Origin: Chrysomallon squamiferum | Lineage: Eukaryota; Animalia; Mollusca | NCBI GenBank assembly: GCA_012295275.1 | Contig: CM022677.1 | Coordinates: 372,001-436,000, forward strand | Direction: 5' to 3' | Length of the DNA: 64,000 nucleotides | Program-made: the position numbers and the translations under genes | Notes under the pieces: generated by a model | The model's database searches: none | Told to the model about the DNA's origin: nothing | What the model saw: only the letters and a program-made list of their open reading frames with translations | Shown here: one piece after another, positions 17,021-30,291 of the stretch | Layout: the number at the start of each line of letters is the position of its first letter | How positions within the stretch are numbered: position 1 is the stretch's first letter

Positions 17021-17865
17021 AGCCTTTCTGAATTTACTTTGAAGCTTTTAATACCAGTCTAGAGTTACTTAAACCCCAGTGTTTCTTAGTTTATAAAATA
17101 ACGGAACTTCCCCTAATTATATAATACAGCTTCTAAATAGCACATGTACATCTGCATACGCTCTGCTATTTAGTTTTTGTGTATATACCACCATTTTCTG
17201 TCATTAATTAGGTAAACAGTTAACGACTGTAAAAATATAAATTATAAACATAATTATACAAGATAGCTAAATAACTATTATCGTAATATAATAAGATATT
17301 TAAGATGGAATGTAGGAGATATTCTGCTTTAATGGGCATATAACAATAAAGATTTAGTGAAATTCTATAATTCACTACAAAGAAAACAAAATTACAATTA
17401 AAAACAAGTCTCGCAAAGAGGCACTAATGAGGTTGTCACACCGTACCAAGCTGGTTAGCACTGAAAGTTTTTTTATTTTAGTTTTTTTTTAAATATAGCT
17501 GCATAAAAAATACAATCTTTACTGATGAAATACGACACAAAATGAAAACTGGTTTGCTTTATGACTGCAGATGAATGAAACTGGCTGATGGTATAAATCG
17601 TGTAATTTTACAATGCGTATTAATTAGAGTATGTTTAAATACTGCTGTTCAGAAATGTGTTATGATGGTTCACTGTGGAGTGTTATAAAGAGAGGACTGT
17701 CACGTGGTCACACCTTTAAACACCTTGGATGTTTTATTAAGGCTCAGTGTACGGTAACAAGGTGCTTTAATGGCCACCTAACAAGGAATATAAACGCTAA
17801 ATTGACAGCAAACTATATAAATCAGTAAGTCTACCTATCCACTATACAAGTTAAGGTGTGCCAAA

Positions 17866-17900
<35 letters not shown>

Positions 17901-18258
17901 ATATGTAACAAAATGAATACAAGAAAATGAAATTTAAAAGAAAAAATTGTATGACTCTACTTTACAAGAGTATTTATAAATAATGTCAGTTTTCGGATAA
18001 AATAAATAGAAACATTTCTGTATAATATATTATCAATAGGATTGCAAATAAATATATAATTTTTATGTAGTGTACATTTCGAAAAGGGCATTTTGTGGGT
18101 CCTCAGTCTTTTGTGAGGGCATTAAACTAAAACAGAAATTGGTCTATCAATCACTATATTTTTATACGATAATGTTTTCTTGCTGTCAGTATTATTAGTC
18201 TATGCTAATTTAAAAAAGAAATGTTTATGCTCATTTTTACATGCATGCTATTTCTTAC

Positions 18259-18797
18259 CTCAGTGGAAATGCTTCATCGCTTTTTCCGGGTGGACCATAA
18301 CCGCTTAATCCCGATATGTTCCGAGCAGAGCCAAATTTGTTTACGATGTCTTCCGAAAGTTGGCTAGAAAGATTAGCGGTTACTTTATAACAACAAGGAG
18401 GACAGTTGCAATTATCAGTATCTGCAAAGCCTTCTCCTGTGGGATTTAAATAGAACACAAAGTTATTTAAGTCAGAAATACCATGGGGCGTGCTCAGAAA
18501 AAGTATGTCGGGCGATAAAGAAAGAATCGTCTGATCGACAGTTTTGCAGGCTTCGTGAATTTTCCACGCTTCTTGTTTTGCTGTGTGGTTGGTTGTATTG
18601 AAATGTTTCGGATCCAGAGCAATTCCGCCGTGCGGCAGAACGAACCCGGCCAGTAGTCTGGAGAAAGATAAATCAAGTGATGTGAAAAACACAATCACAA
18701 TTGCAAAAAACATCTCGACTTTCTATTTCGTTCTTAAATCATATGACTCTAGAGTTACCTGCCCTTCTGTGTTTTTCCTTAAAGAGCAACAATACAT
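18259..18797 (-). pseudogene. First coding exon of a secreted LigB/class III extradiol dioxygenase-fold (TTE1956-like) gene, copy 1; exon 2 deleted
   Basis: Hydrophobic N-terminus MFFAIVIVFFTSLDLSFS (ATG at 18713), motifs LPHGGIALDP and LSTPHG, and an AG|GTAAG donor. The downstream intron jumps from the equivalent of 60183 to 61348, which removes exon 2. Confidence 0.8.
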
Positions 18798-20258
18798 CTG
18801 AAGGAAATAGTATTTTATTTGTTAATGATAATCGATAGGAGTTAAAAATCTATATTATCGCCTTGTTAATTTATAAGAGTTGGTTTTCTGAATTTTCCCA
18901 ATAGTTAATTTTTTGTTGATGTTTTGTTTTTTCTTCTTTTATGAATTTGTTTGTCATTTTCATCGTCATCATCATCAGCAGCAGCTGCAGCATCATTATT
19001 ACCATTATTTTATTGTTATTTTTATGGGCAAAGGGCGTGTACATGAAACGTTAAGCGATGCATCACAGTAGTTTCTATCAATACATTGTTTTAGAAAAAC
19101 GTTCTTTAAAACAGATTTATAGAAGACTACATGGTTGCTTTGGAGTAACATCAAACTTTATTATTATCATTATCATCATCATCATCATTATTATTATTAT
19201 TATCATCATTATTAAAAGTTGATTTGTAAGTGAGAAAATCTGAGGTAATAATGGCGTATTACTTTAGCTCGTTTTCAGCGGCCGCGCCTCACATTTTTCT
19301 TTCGTAATTCAACATCATCGAAGCTGTAATAACATGTTGTAGATAACGCTGCATCCGAAACACTGTGTTACCTGTAAGTGTGATAGGCCTGCTGAACAGG
19401 CCTACACGTCTACAGACACAGTCAGTGACGATCAAAGGCAAGTTGTGTTAAAAGAAGTATACAAGTACAGAAGTGTGATCACTTCACATGTAAAATGGAA
19501 CTGGAGTCTGTAGCGAAAAAAAACCAAGACTTCCCAGCTAAATATTCATTGTTGTTGTTGGTATTATTTACTATTACCGTCATTATCATCATCATCATGA
19601 TAATTATTATAATTATTATTTTTGTTGTCGTTGTTGTTGTTGTATAATTTTTCTTCATTTCCATATGAAATGTTTTGTTCATTCTTCTTTTCATCTCTAA
19701 AGGAATGATGCTACCATCATACCGTAGTAACTTGGATGATAGTTTGCTAAAACGTTTGGTAACCATGACGACAGCCCGGCAGTTTCTAACAGACCATGTA
19801 ACATGACTAGACCCGTGTAACCACACGACAGCGCGCGATCGACTAGTCCAGCCGCTCTGTTCAACAGCAACATGCCGTCCAGAGTCGCTGCCCACTCACC
19901 AACAGCCTGAAATATTCAAATAATGAGAACCATCGTGACAACTGTATTAATGAAAAAAAAAAAAATATGATCAGTTATGTACTAATCACACAAGTCTTTC
20001 AACACTGAAGACAAAACAGTCGCAGCATGTTCTTTCCTACCCATAACATTAAACATAAATAGTTTTAGAAATCATCCCAAACGTCAGTTACATTCATTAA
20101 TTCAAACAAATAAATAAGCTTGTTTAACACCTACTAATCATAAATATAAAAATATGCTCATGTGCTATTACAAAACGTATCTGCTTTGATACAGTTGTTC
20201 TGGTGAAATTTTAAAGTGTTTTTCAAAGGTTCAAGCACGACTGACTGGTTGTACTTAC

Positions 20259-20389
20259 ATGGTCGAATGGCTCTGATGCGTTGGAGTAGCCGTATGGGTC
20301 AGTGCTGAGATGCGTGTGTGCGAGGTCAGCGCTGATGATGACAACAACACGCTCTGGCGCGTCTTCCAAATACCTGTATAAATCAGCAC
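20259..20389 (-). pseudogene. Third coding exon of the LigB-like gene, copy 1
   Basis: 131-nt exon bounded by TTTCAG| and |GTAAG, encoding DLYRYLEDAPERVVVIISADLAHTH. The S-x-D-L-x-H motif is typical of the LigB/MEMO fold. Confidence 0.8.
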
Positions 20390-21253
20390 CTGAAATTGAT
20401 ACACAGACAGGTAAAAGTTTAATTAATGAAGCAAATACCAACTTGTTATTTAGGCAGTTTGCTGTGTGACGTGTTAACGTAAGCTGAATTCAAAGATAAT
20501 GGCAACAGTTCAAAATTAGACATTTGCGAAACTCAAAATTGAAATATTTTTCATAATATTACAAACGTTCATTATGTTGTGATTTGTTCTTTTTTAATCT
20601 TAATTACAGTCCATCCTCTTTATAATATTGACAGAAACTCTCAGTTAAATTTGTCATTACAAGGAGTTGGGTGATAAGCTAACTTAAAGGATTTTAGGTA
20701 GTGCCATATGTCATGTGACTAGTCTGAGTGGTATTAGTACGTGAAAGGGCAACAGACTATAATAACGTCACGTGACGAGGTTTTAATTATCTCAGACAGT
20801 TTAACTATTAAATGACTATTCTGTATCCACAAGAGAACAATACCACAAACACGAATTCAGTATGGATAATTGTTTGATATAATATATATATATATATATG
20901 CTGTTTACACAAATTAACCCTCAAGGGTAATATATAGTTACATAGTTAAATCTAGGATTCCACGATACGTTATCAAAGCAAATAGCGTTGACAAATAATA
21001 CAAAACTAATTCAGCCCAGTTGGTTACTTGATCTTTCTAAATAATCTTTTAATTATTAAAATACGTTATCTTTGTTTTTATAAATGTAAGCACCACAGAA
21101 TAACACTATGAAAAATTCAACAGAAATAGATTTAGCCATCTTCAATCATTCAAGATGTATGTTACATATACAAAACATTAAACCATAATTACCATTGTCT
21201 GCGTTTTCCTTTGTCTTGTGCAGACAAAGACTCTCAAGAAGGGCACTGATCAA

Positions 21254-24189
21254 TGAATGGAATGGAATGGAAACTCTTTTTACGTGCCCACGTCCAAATC
21301 AAGGTTCAGCCACGCCTATCACGGATCCGATCTCTGGGATCGCCAGGGATGGGTTCCTGGACAGGAGAGGAGAGGGGAAGGGGAAGTGGAAGGGGAAAGG
21401 GAAGGGGAAGGGGGAAGAGGAAGGGGAAGGGAAAGTGGAAGGGGACTGGGACGGTGAAGGTGCATTTGAATTGGGCAACTTGGAATAAACCTTTGAGTGG
21501 TTTTTAGTTAATAAGATCCAAAAGGGTGCAGTAGATATACATATATACAGACCCATACACATACATACATATACAGATATATAGATATATATACCTATAT
21601 ACATACATACACATACACATATTTACATATACATATGCATTGGGCATTGTTTGAGGGGTTTTATTTATTTATATTTATTTATTTATTTATTTGTTTATTT
21701 ATTTATTTATTTACTTAGTTTTTACTATTATATAACGAGAGAGAGAGAGGAAAGAAGAAAAAAAACTCGTAGTTCATCGTGTCGGGCACGTTTTTGTTGT
21801 TGTTAGCGTCGCGTTGTTGTATGTTTTCGTTGTTGTTAGCGTCGCGTTGTTGTGTGTTTTTGTTGTTGTTAGCGTCGCGTTGTTGTATGTTTTTGTTGTT
21901 GTTAGCGTCGCGTTGTTGTATGTTTTTGTTGTTGTTAGCGTCGCGTTGTTGTATGTTTTTGTTGTTGTTAGCGTCGCGTTGTTGTTTGTTTTGTTGTTGT
22001 TAGCGTCGCGTTGTTGTATGTTTTTGTTGTTGTTAGCGTCGCGTTGTTGTATGTTTTTGTTGTTGTTAGCGTCGCGTTGTTGTATGTTTTTGTTGTTGTT
22101 AGCGTCGCGTTGTTGTATGTTTTTGGAGTTGTTTGGCCGCAAATCTGTCGAAAGGGAGGTTACCAGTTGGTTCTGGGGTTAGATAGGGATATGTTTATAT
22201 TATGTAGTAGTTTATGAAATTGTCTCTGTGTTTATATTTTGATTTTTGTTGCTTCCACGTATCGCATTATGAGGTTGTCTACTTGTTTCTTTAAGTGTTT
22301 GGGAGAGTTGAAAATGTCAACTGGGGTAAATCTGATGTTTGTTAAAGCTGTGTTTAGTTTGCGTCTGTCCTTGTCGTACTTCGTGCAATAGAACAGATAG
22401 TGTCTGACGTTGTCCAGTTTATGGCATGTGCCGCACTTGTTACTCACAGTGTTGTCGAGTCTGTGTCTACTGTCGTTTAGTCCGAAGGTCACTCCCACTC
22501 TGAGACGGGTTAAAGTTTGAGTTGTTTTGTTGTTGTCTGAGAGTGGGCTGGGCGAGTTTACTTTCGGTTTAATTATGTAATGCCATAGTCTAGTTTTGTT
22601 GTCCCAGTTTTGTTGCCACGATTCTGTTAGCTTATTGTGCGCTATGGTCATGATTTCGTTAACGTTGTATTTAGAGTCAAAGTCGATCGTGTCGTCTTCT
22701 AGCGAGTGTTTTGCGTTTTTGTCTGCCAGCTCGTTTCCAGTAACACCCACGTGAGCGGGTACCCACTCGAAGATGACCTTGTGTCCTTTGTAGTTGATAC
22801 AGTTTGCGAGTTCGATAATCTCTCTAATGTACTGGGAGGTGCTGAATTTGAGTTTGCACAGAGCTTGCAATGAGCTGATGGAGTCAGTCAGTATGAAGTA
22901 TTTCTTTTTCGTGTTTGTCACATAAGTTTAAGTGGACCCATTTAAGTGCTGAGAGAATAGCTATTAGTTCCGCAGTAAAGACGGATAGGTTGTTAGGCAG
23001 TCTACCTCTGTAGTTGAAGGGTTGGTCGGGTAGTTCCGGCCTGACATGAAAGGCCATGCCCGTTCTTCTCGTGAGAGGGTCTTTGGAGCCGTCTGTATAG
23101 ACCTGTATGAAGTCCGAGTAGTGGTCGCTTAATGCTGCTCTAAAAATTACGTTTTTAAAAGGGTCGTGTTCCGTCTTCGATACTTCCTGTCTAAGCGTTA
23201 GAGGTATGTCTAGTTGTTTTATTGTTCATGGGGGTTCTAAGGGTGGAGGGTTGTTTTCGAGTTCTAGGTCCAGTAGGTTTAGTCTGTTTGCTGTCCTGTG
23301 TATGATGTTAAGTGATGTCGTTGATGTAGGGTAGGCTGTTTGGGATTATTGTGTTTATGGGATGGGTGGGGATTAGATTTTTGATTTTGAACCAGTGTTT
23401 GAGACTCTGTTTGCTGCGTCGGATTCGCAGCGGTAGCATGTTCAGTTCCACAAACAGACTGTCCGTCGTGTGCCTGGGAAGACCCTGGCAACAATTCTTA
23501 GTGCCTTGTTGTATACCGTGTCTAGTCGGTTTAGTTGGTATTCAGACATACCGCTGAACGCCTGGGACCCATACTGGAGTCTTCACACTACTAGTGCTTC
23601 GAACACCATCAAGAGAGATTTTCTGTCAGCTCCCCATTTGGCGTTCGAAAGCACTTTCAGTAAATTCATGTATTTTGTGCGTGTGTTGAGTGTGTTGGTG
23701 ATGTGCTGTTTGAAGGTAAGGCACCTGTCGAAGGTGACTCCCAGGAATCTGACTACGTTTACTTGTGGGAATTTTGCGTTGTTGTAATGTAGGTCTATTT
23801 TATTGTGTTTATTGTTAGTATTTCTCCCAAAGGTTATGGTGACAGTCTTGGATTGGGAGATAGTGACTCCCCAGGTTTCCGCCTGTTAGTTATTTAAGTA
23901 TTTTAGCATATCTGTTTTGATTTGTTTAAGACAGTTTCCAGCACGCCAAAAGGCTGTGTCATCCGCAAATAGTCCTATACTAAGCTTAGCTGCAGTTTTC
24001 GAGTTAGTGGCTAGAGTATGTGCTAGGTCATTAATACAAATGCTAAAAAGAGTAGGGGCGATAACTGAACCCTGGGGGATTCCATTCTCCAAATCCAACC
24101 TGTCTGAGAAGTTTTCGTCTACATTGACCGTAAAGGATCTGTTTTTCAAGAATCTTCTATAAAGCTTCTATTATGCCCATGTTGTAGAC
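21254..24189 (-). mobile_element. LINE family B, 3' half (RT C-terminal part, RNase H, CCHC, ~1-kb 3' UTR, (CCATT)n tail)
   Basis: Motifs GIPQGSVIAPTLF, LFADD, YTDGSK (~23100), ILTDS, FEWVPAHVGVTGNELADKNAK and CGTC..HYLFYC; stop at 22232. Minus strand ends TTCCATTCCATTCCATTCA|TTGATCAGTGCCC. Confidence 0.93.
21790..22122. repeat. 33-bp minisatellite (about 10 copies) in the LINE B 3' UTR
   Basis: Unit TTGTTGTTAGCGTCGCGTTGTTGTATGTTTTTG repeated in tandem. Confidence 0.95.
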
Positions 24190-24492
24190 GACCCGACCCG
24201 ACCTGACCCGAACCGATCCTACCCGAGTGTAGCCGAACGGAGCTGAGCTGAGCTGAGCTGAGATCGGTTCCCATGACAACGGCGAGACGAACGTTAGAAA
24301 ACTGGGTCTCGGTACTCGCTACCGATGTCAATTTCGCCTTAAAGACTGCACAAAAATTAAGAATAAAACAATAAAAAAAAATATAAAAAATTATTGACAG
24401 TGACACAATTTACAGTCCATCACCACGAAAGACGAAATGCTGTTCACAACGACAACAACAACAACAGCAGCAGCAGCACCGCCACCACCACC

Positions 24493-24524
<32 letters not shown>

Positions 24525-24639
24525 CAACAGCAATAATGCTAATTTTGTTCAAAGTGACTCGTGAACACAGGATAAGTACGAAACCTTTCTATTATTATCA
24601 TTACCGCTACTACTACTACTACTACTAGTTATTATTATT

Positions 24640-24678
<39 letters not shown>

Positions 24679-24774
24679 CTTTTTCTTTTTTCTTTTTTTT
24701 TTCCTTCTGATGTTTTTATCTTACTTTTTTTTTTTTAACTTTTTACATATTTTGTTTTATTTATTATTTTTTTC

Positions 24775-24834
<60 letters not shown>

Positions 24835-25207
24835 GATAGTACAGTACCGTAGATGCACAGTCACACAAGCGCATGGCGCTTTCTTTCTTTCTTTGAGTAG
24901 AAGAACAAGAACAACAAGATCGAATACTGCCAGCGCTTTTCTTTTCTTTTCTTTTCTTCTATTATTTTTTGGATTTTTTTTTTTTTTTTTTTTCCCCCTC
25001 TTGTTTTTATCTTACTTTTTTTTTGTCATGAATTTATTTTAACTTTTTACATATTTTATTTTATTATTATTTTTTTTCATTTATTATTATTACGATCATT
25101 ATGTTTATTATTATTATTATTATTATTATTATTGACATCGTTATCGTTATTTAGTGCACGCAATAAGAACAACAAAGATAAATAGACCTCGGTTCGTTAA
25201 AGCGATC

Positions 25208-25326
25208 GTCTACGGCCACACCACGTTGAAAACACCGGTTCTCGTCCGATCACCGAAGTTAAGCAACGCAGGGCTCGGACAGTACTTGGATGGGTGACCG
25301 CCTGGGAGCACCGAGTGCCGTAGACA
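25208..25326 (+). rRNA. 5S_rRNA: 5S rRNA gene
   Basis: 119 nt. Matches the 14526 copy except GGGAGCACC versus GGGAACACC. Confidence 0.95.
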
Positions 25327-26003
25327 CGCCTCTTTCTTTTCTTTTCTTTTCTTTTCTTACTTTCTTCGTTTCTTTCTTTCTTTCCTTCTTTCTTTCTTTC
25401 TTATTTTAAGAGAAACAGCAAGATCCAATTGACATCGGTAGCGAGTGTGTGCGTGGGTGCAGGTTTTGGAGTGACCGTGTTGTGTATGTCTGATTGTGTG
25501 TGTACGTATGTTTGTTATTTCAGAACGCGCCTGTGTGTGTGCGTGTGCGTGTGTGCGCGTGCCGGTTCGAAAAAGGTATCTTCCAACGTAAAATTGAATT
25601 GCGAGATCACGACGGCGCGATAATTAATGTATTTTCATTTCGATTTTATTATTATTATTGTTATTATTATTGCCATCGTTATCGTTATCGTTGTCGTTAT
25701 TCAGCGCACGCAGTAAGAAGAACGAAGATAAATAGACGTCGGTTCGTCTTTTTTTTTTCGTGTTTTTTTTCTTTTTTCTTTTCTTTTTTTTCTTTATCTT
25801 TCAAAAATTTCCGGCACTACCGGACAATTCGCCGGTAATTTTTTAATTTTTTAATTTTTTTTTTTAATTCTTTTTCTTTCTTTTTCTTTTTTCCTTTCTT
25901 TTTCTTTTTTCCTTTTTTTTTTCCTCATATTTTTATCTTATTTTTTTTTTGTCATGTTTTTATTTTAAGTTTTACAGATTTTATTTTATTTATTCTTTTT
26001 TTC

Positions 26004-26049
<46 letters not shown>

Positions 26050-26154
26050 GTTGAATTTTATTTATTTTATTTTATTTTATTTTATTTATTTATTTATTTA
26101 TTTGTTTCTTTGTTTATTTATTCCTTTGTTTTCTTTTTAATGTGTTTTTTCTTC

Positions 26155-26239
<85 letters not shown>

Positions 26240-26359
26240 CTTAAGGTGAAATTGTCATCGGTAGCGAGTACCGGGACCCAGTTTTCAAACATTCATCTCA
26301 GCGCTGCCATGGGAACCGTGTGTTTATGTTTGTGCGACCGTGTCTGCGTGCGTGCGTAA

Positions 26360-26390
<31 letters not shown>

Positions 26391-26416
26391 TTGTATTGTA
26401 TTGTATTGTATTGTAT

Positions 26417-26460
<44 letters not shown>

Positions 26461-27055
26461 CGCATGCGTGCGTGCGTCGGTTTGAAAAAGGTGTCTTCCA
26501 ATGTAAAACTGAATTGGCACATCACGACGTCGCGATTATTAATGCATTTCAATTTCAATGTTTCCTTTTCCTTTTTTTTTTTTTTAGTCATTTAGAAAAT
26601 AAGTAAGTAAATGGCTTTTTTCTTTTTCTCTCGTCCGCCGAGTGGAGTGCAGTCGACCCGACCCGACCCTACCCGAGTGTAGCCGAACGGAGCTCAGCTG
26701 AGATCGGTTCCCATGGCAACGGTGAGACGAACGTTAGAAAACTGGGTCTCGGTATTCGCTACCGATGTCAATTTCGCCTTAAACACTGCACAAAAATTAA
26801 GAATAAAAAAAGAAAAAAAAAGAAAAAAAAAATGATTGACAGTGACACTTTACAGTCCATCACCAAGAAAGACGAAATGCTGTTCACAACAACAACAGCA
26901 GCAGCAGCACCACCACCACCAACAACAACAACAAGAACAACGACAACAACAGCAATAATGCTAATTTCGTGCAAAATGACTCGTGAACACAAGATAAGTA
27001 CGAAACCTTTCTATTATTATCATTACCGCTATTACTACTACTACTACTACTACTA

Positions 27056-27088
<33 letters not shown>

Positions 27089-27162
27089 GCCATCGTCATC
27101 GTTATTTAGCGCACGCAATAAGAACAACAAAGATAAATAGACCTCGGTTCGTTAAAGCGATC

Positions 27163-27281
27163 GTCTACGGCCACACCACGTTGAAAACACCGGTTCTCGT
27201 CCGATCACCGAAGTTAAGCAACGCAAGGCTCGGACAGTACTTGGATGGGTGACCGCCTGGGAACACCGAGTGCCGTAGACA
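27163..27281 (+). rRNA. 5S_rRNA: 5S rRNA gene
   Basis: 119 nt. Matches the 14526 copy except ACGCAAGGC versus ACGCAGGGC. Confidence 0.95.
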
Positions 27282-27744
27282 CGCCTCTTTCTTTTCTTTT
27301 CTTTCTTACTTTCTTCGTTTCTTTCTTTCTTTCTTTCTTTCTTATTTTAAGAGCAACAGCAAGAGCCAATTGACATCGGTAGCAAGTGTGTGCGTGGGCG
27401 CAGGTTTTGGAGTGACCGTCTTGTGTATGTCTGATTGTGTGTGTACGTATGTTTGTTATTTCAGAACGCGCCTGTGTGTATGCGTGTGCGTATGTATGCG
27501 TGTGCACATTATTATTGCCATCGTTATCGTTGTCGTTATTCAGCGCATGCAATAAGAAGAACGAAGATAAATAGACGTCGGTTCGTCTTTTTTTTTTTTC
27601 TTGTTTCTTTTTCTTTTATTTTCTTTCTTTCTTTTTCTTTCAAATTTGCAGTCACTGCCGGACAATTCGGCAGTTGCCTCATCTAATGACGAATAACCTA
27701 CCCATTTACAATTGACCAGGTTCTCTTCGAACATTAAAAATGAT

Positions 27745-30030
27745 TTATGTGTTTATGTTCAGAAATGTTTTTATTGACGGAAAGCTGTAATCTTGAGGAT
27801 GTACCCGGAAAACAAGGTGAGCCCCAACCTGGACCGAGTTGCAACCCACAATACGTTACTGCTTCCCCAGAACCACACAATCTATTGGATAGCAGTTCAC
27901 TCTGCGGAGAAGATTCAGAGGAACCTGCTATTCCAATATTGACAAAACCACCCATGAAAACCAGACAAACAACAAACTGCCAGTCATGCAAGTTATTAAA
28001 TAACTCCTTAAGAAATATGAGACTAAAACAGCTACAGCTTCAAAGGTCTTCACACATTGCAATCCGAGATGTGAGAGTTCAGCAAAAGAAAAAGGGATAT
28101 GTAACATTCTTAAACCAAACAATCAGACGGAAAGAGGAACAGATAGCAAAATTTCAAGAACAAAGTATCGTTTCAAAGGTGATCATGCATTAGGCAAAAT
28201 CTACTCTGTCAAACTTTAAAAAACCCACGAACAACTGAAAAAGTACCACAGCGAAAAAAAGAATAAAACTGAATCAGAAACTCTGCTCTCTGCCAAAAAC
28301 GAAATTTCTGAACTTAAAATAAAACTTGAAATAAAACAAAAGGAGATAATTGATCTCCAGAGAGATAAAATCCTGCTTGAAGAAAAGCTTCATGAGTCAG
28401 TTAGTAAACTAAAATTGACTAAATATAATGGAAAGGTCTATTCTGCAGACCTAAGAATGATGGTATTTGATGCCGTTGTTAATCAGGTGCCAACCAGCAA
28501 TATCCCTGTTCTTCTTCAGAATTTGTTTTGGCGGTGTGGTGTTCCACTGAAGGACATCCCACACAGAACCACTACTGAGGCAATGACAAGGGAACTTGGA
28601 GTAATAACGGAATTACAGGCAGCTGAAGCTGTAATTGAGAATAAAAGCTGCACACTTGGTTTTGATGCCACAACACAGGAGGCACACATGTGAAAGTGTC
28701 CACATTGCCACACAGAGAACTGTTATGTTGCTGCAGTCGATGAACTGGCTGGTGGGACTGCTGATGATTACCACGAGCACATATCTGACTCCATTAAGAA
28801 CTTACTAGAACATACTCAAACTTTCATGAGGATGATTATCAAACAAAAACAATTTCTAATATTTCCAATACCCTTACTGATCGATGCACTGCAAATCATG
28901 CTGCAGTTGAGCTTCTGAATGAAACGTGGAGCAAAACACTCAATGAATTAAATTGCCATTTGCATCCATTGGATTCAGTTGCAACAACAACTCGTGCTGC
29001 TCTAAAGGTACGTGAAGCAGAAATCAGAATAGAAAAGAAACTTAAAGGGACAGACTGTTTGGCTGGAAACATAGTCGAGCAGATGAATAAAATGAGGTTT
29101 CTGGATAGCAAGTGTGATCCTCGTGGTTTCATCATTTTTCTGGACCACGAAAACTTGGCACGTGGGATCTTACCCAGATACAGAGGTAACCGCCTACATA
29201 TCCTTTTTCATATATGTGGCGTTTTCACTCGCTTCCATAATTTATTCACGAGTTTTCTGCAGTAGGGTGTATCTTGTGGTGGTTTACGGCATAGCATCCT
29301 AGCAGACTTTGTGTCTGTTCCTGCACAAGTGGAAATGCAGGTGCTTGGATTTATTGGGAAACTGCTCAGTGGACCTTGGATGACCAAGTTATACCAATCA
29401 GCAGTTGCCCGAGAACAAGTAAACCACATTCAGGGCATTGAGCTTGTCAAGCAATTTATTGCCAAACGGAAAGTCAGTGCACAGGCCCCTGAAGACACTC
29501 TGTCATGCAAGATAGATTTTTTTGGACATATAATTTTGCAAGAACCAACTCTGAAGATGCTCCAAGCAGCGCCTAAAGACATCTCCCTGTTTGCGAACAT
29601 GATGAAGAGTTGTTTGTATGCAACAGTTGTTGTCCTTGAACGGCAGTACAACAGATACTTCCACTGCGATCTCACTGAGAGACTGAGGGATGAGACAAGG
29701 TCGGCCAGATGTCACAACATTGATGCAGAAGAGATCATGGGGATGTTTAGTTCCTTACAGAAGAAATCCCCAAATGCTACTCTCAGCTAATCTCATGTAA
29801 AATGAGGGCCATCAAAAACAGGACAGTGGATTATCTTGATGCCCTAGACACGGAGACAAGAGATCGTATTATTAAAACGGCGATCTACATAGGCCAACAA
29901 CACAGACAGGACAGGCGTACCAAGCAGAAGAATATGAGGAAAGAACAAAACAGGAGACAAGTACAGAAGCTGCAGGCAAAGGAGACCACAGAGAGCAACA
30001 GATTGGAGAGAAGATTGAAAAGTGTAGTAA
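27745..30030 (+). mobile_element. Degenerate DDE-type DNA transposase with a CxxH motif (hAT-related group; family not assigned)
   Basis: Colinear broken ORFs: a coiled coil, TLGFDATTQE (candidate first Asp), NTLTDRCTANHAA (second Asp), LNCHLHPLD (CxxH), YRGNRLHILF, LLSGPWM and HNIDAEEIMGMFS (Glu). Multiple stops and frameshifts. Confidence 0.75.
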
Positions 30031-30291
30031 TCCTATTTTTGCTATAAACTTTTAAAATCGTGTATTTACTAACAACTTTACAGTACTTTTTTTGTGAATG
30101 TAACAAGTTCATGGAGTTACTAACAATTTAACTGTTACTCTTTCATAGAAAGACTTAATGCAGAAATTATTAACACAAGCCATACTATATAACTGAAGGA
30201 AAAAGCAGTCTCTATAATTAAGTTTTGTGTTTCAATTCTACCTGCAAATAAAATTGTAAATATAATTATTTTAATATTTATGCGGAGTTAC

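Larger units (their letters stand above)
24190..27735 (+). repeat. 5S-bearing modular cassettes, two rearranged tandem copies
   Basis: Same blocks as 13580-15255, repeated twice with deletions and duplications. Confidence 0.9.
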
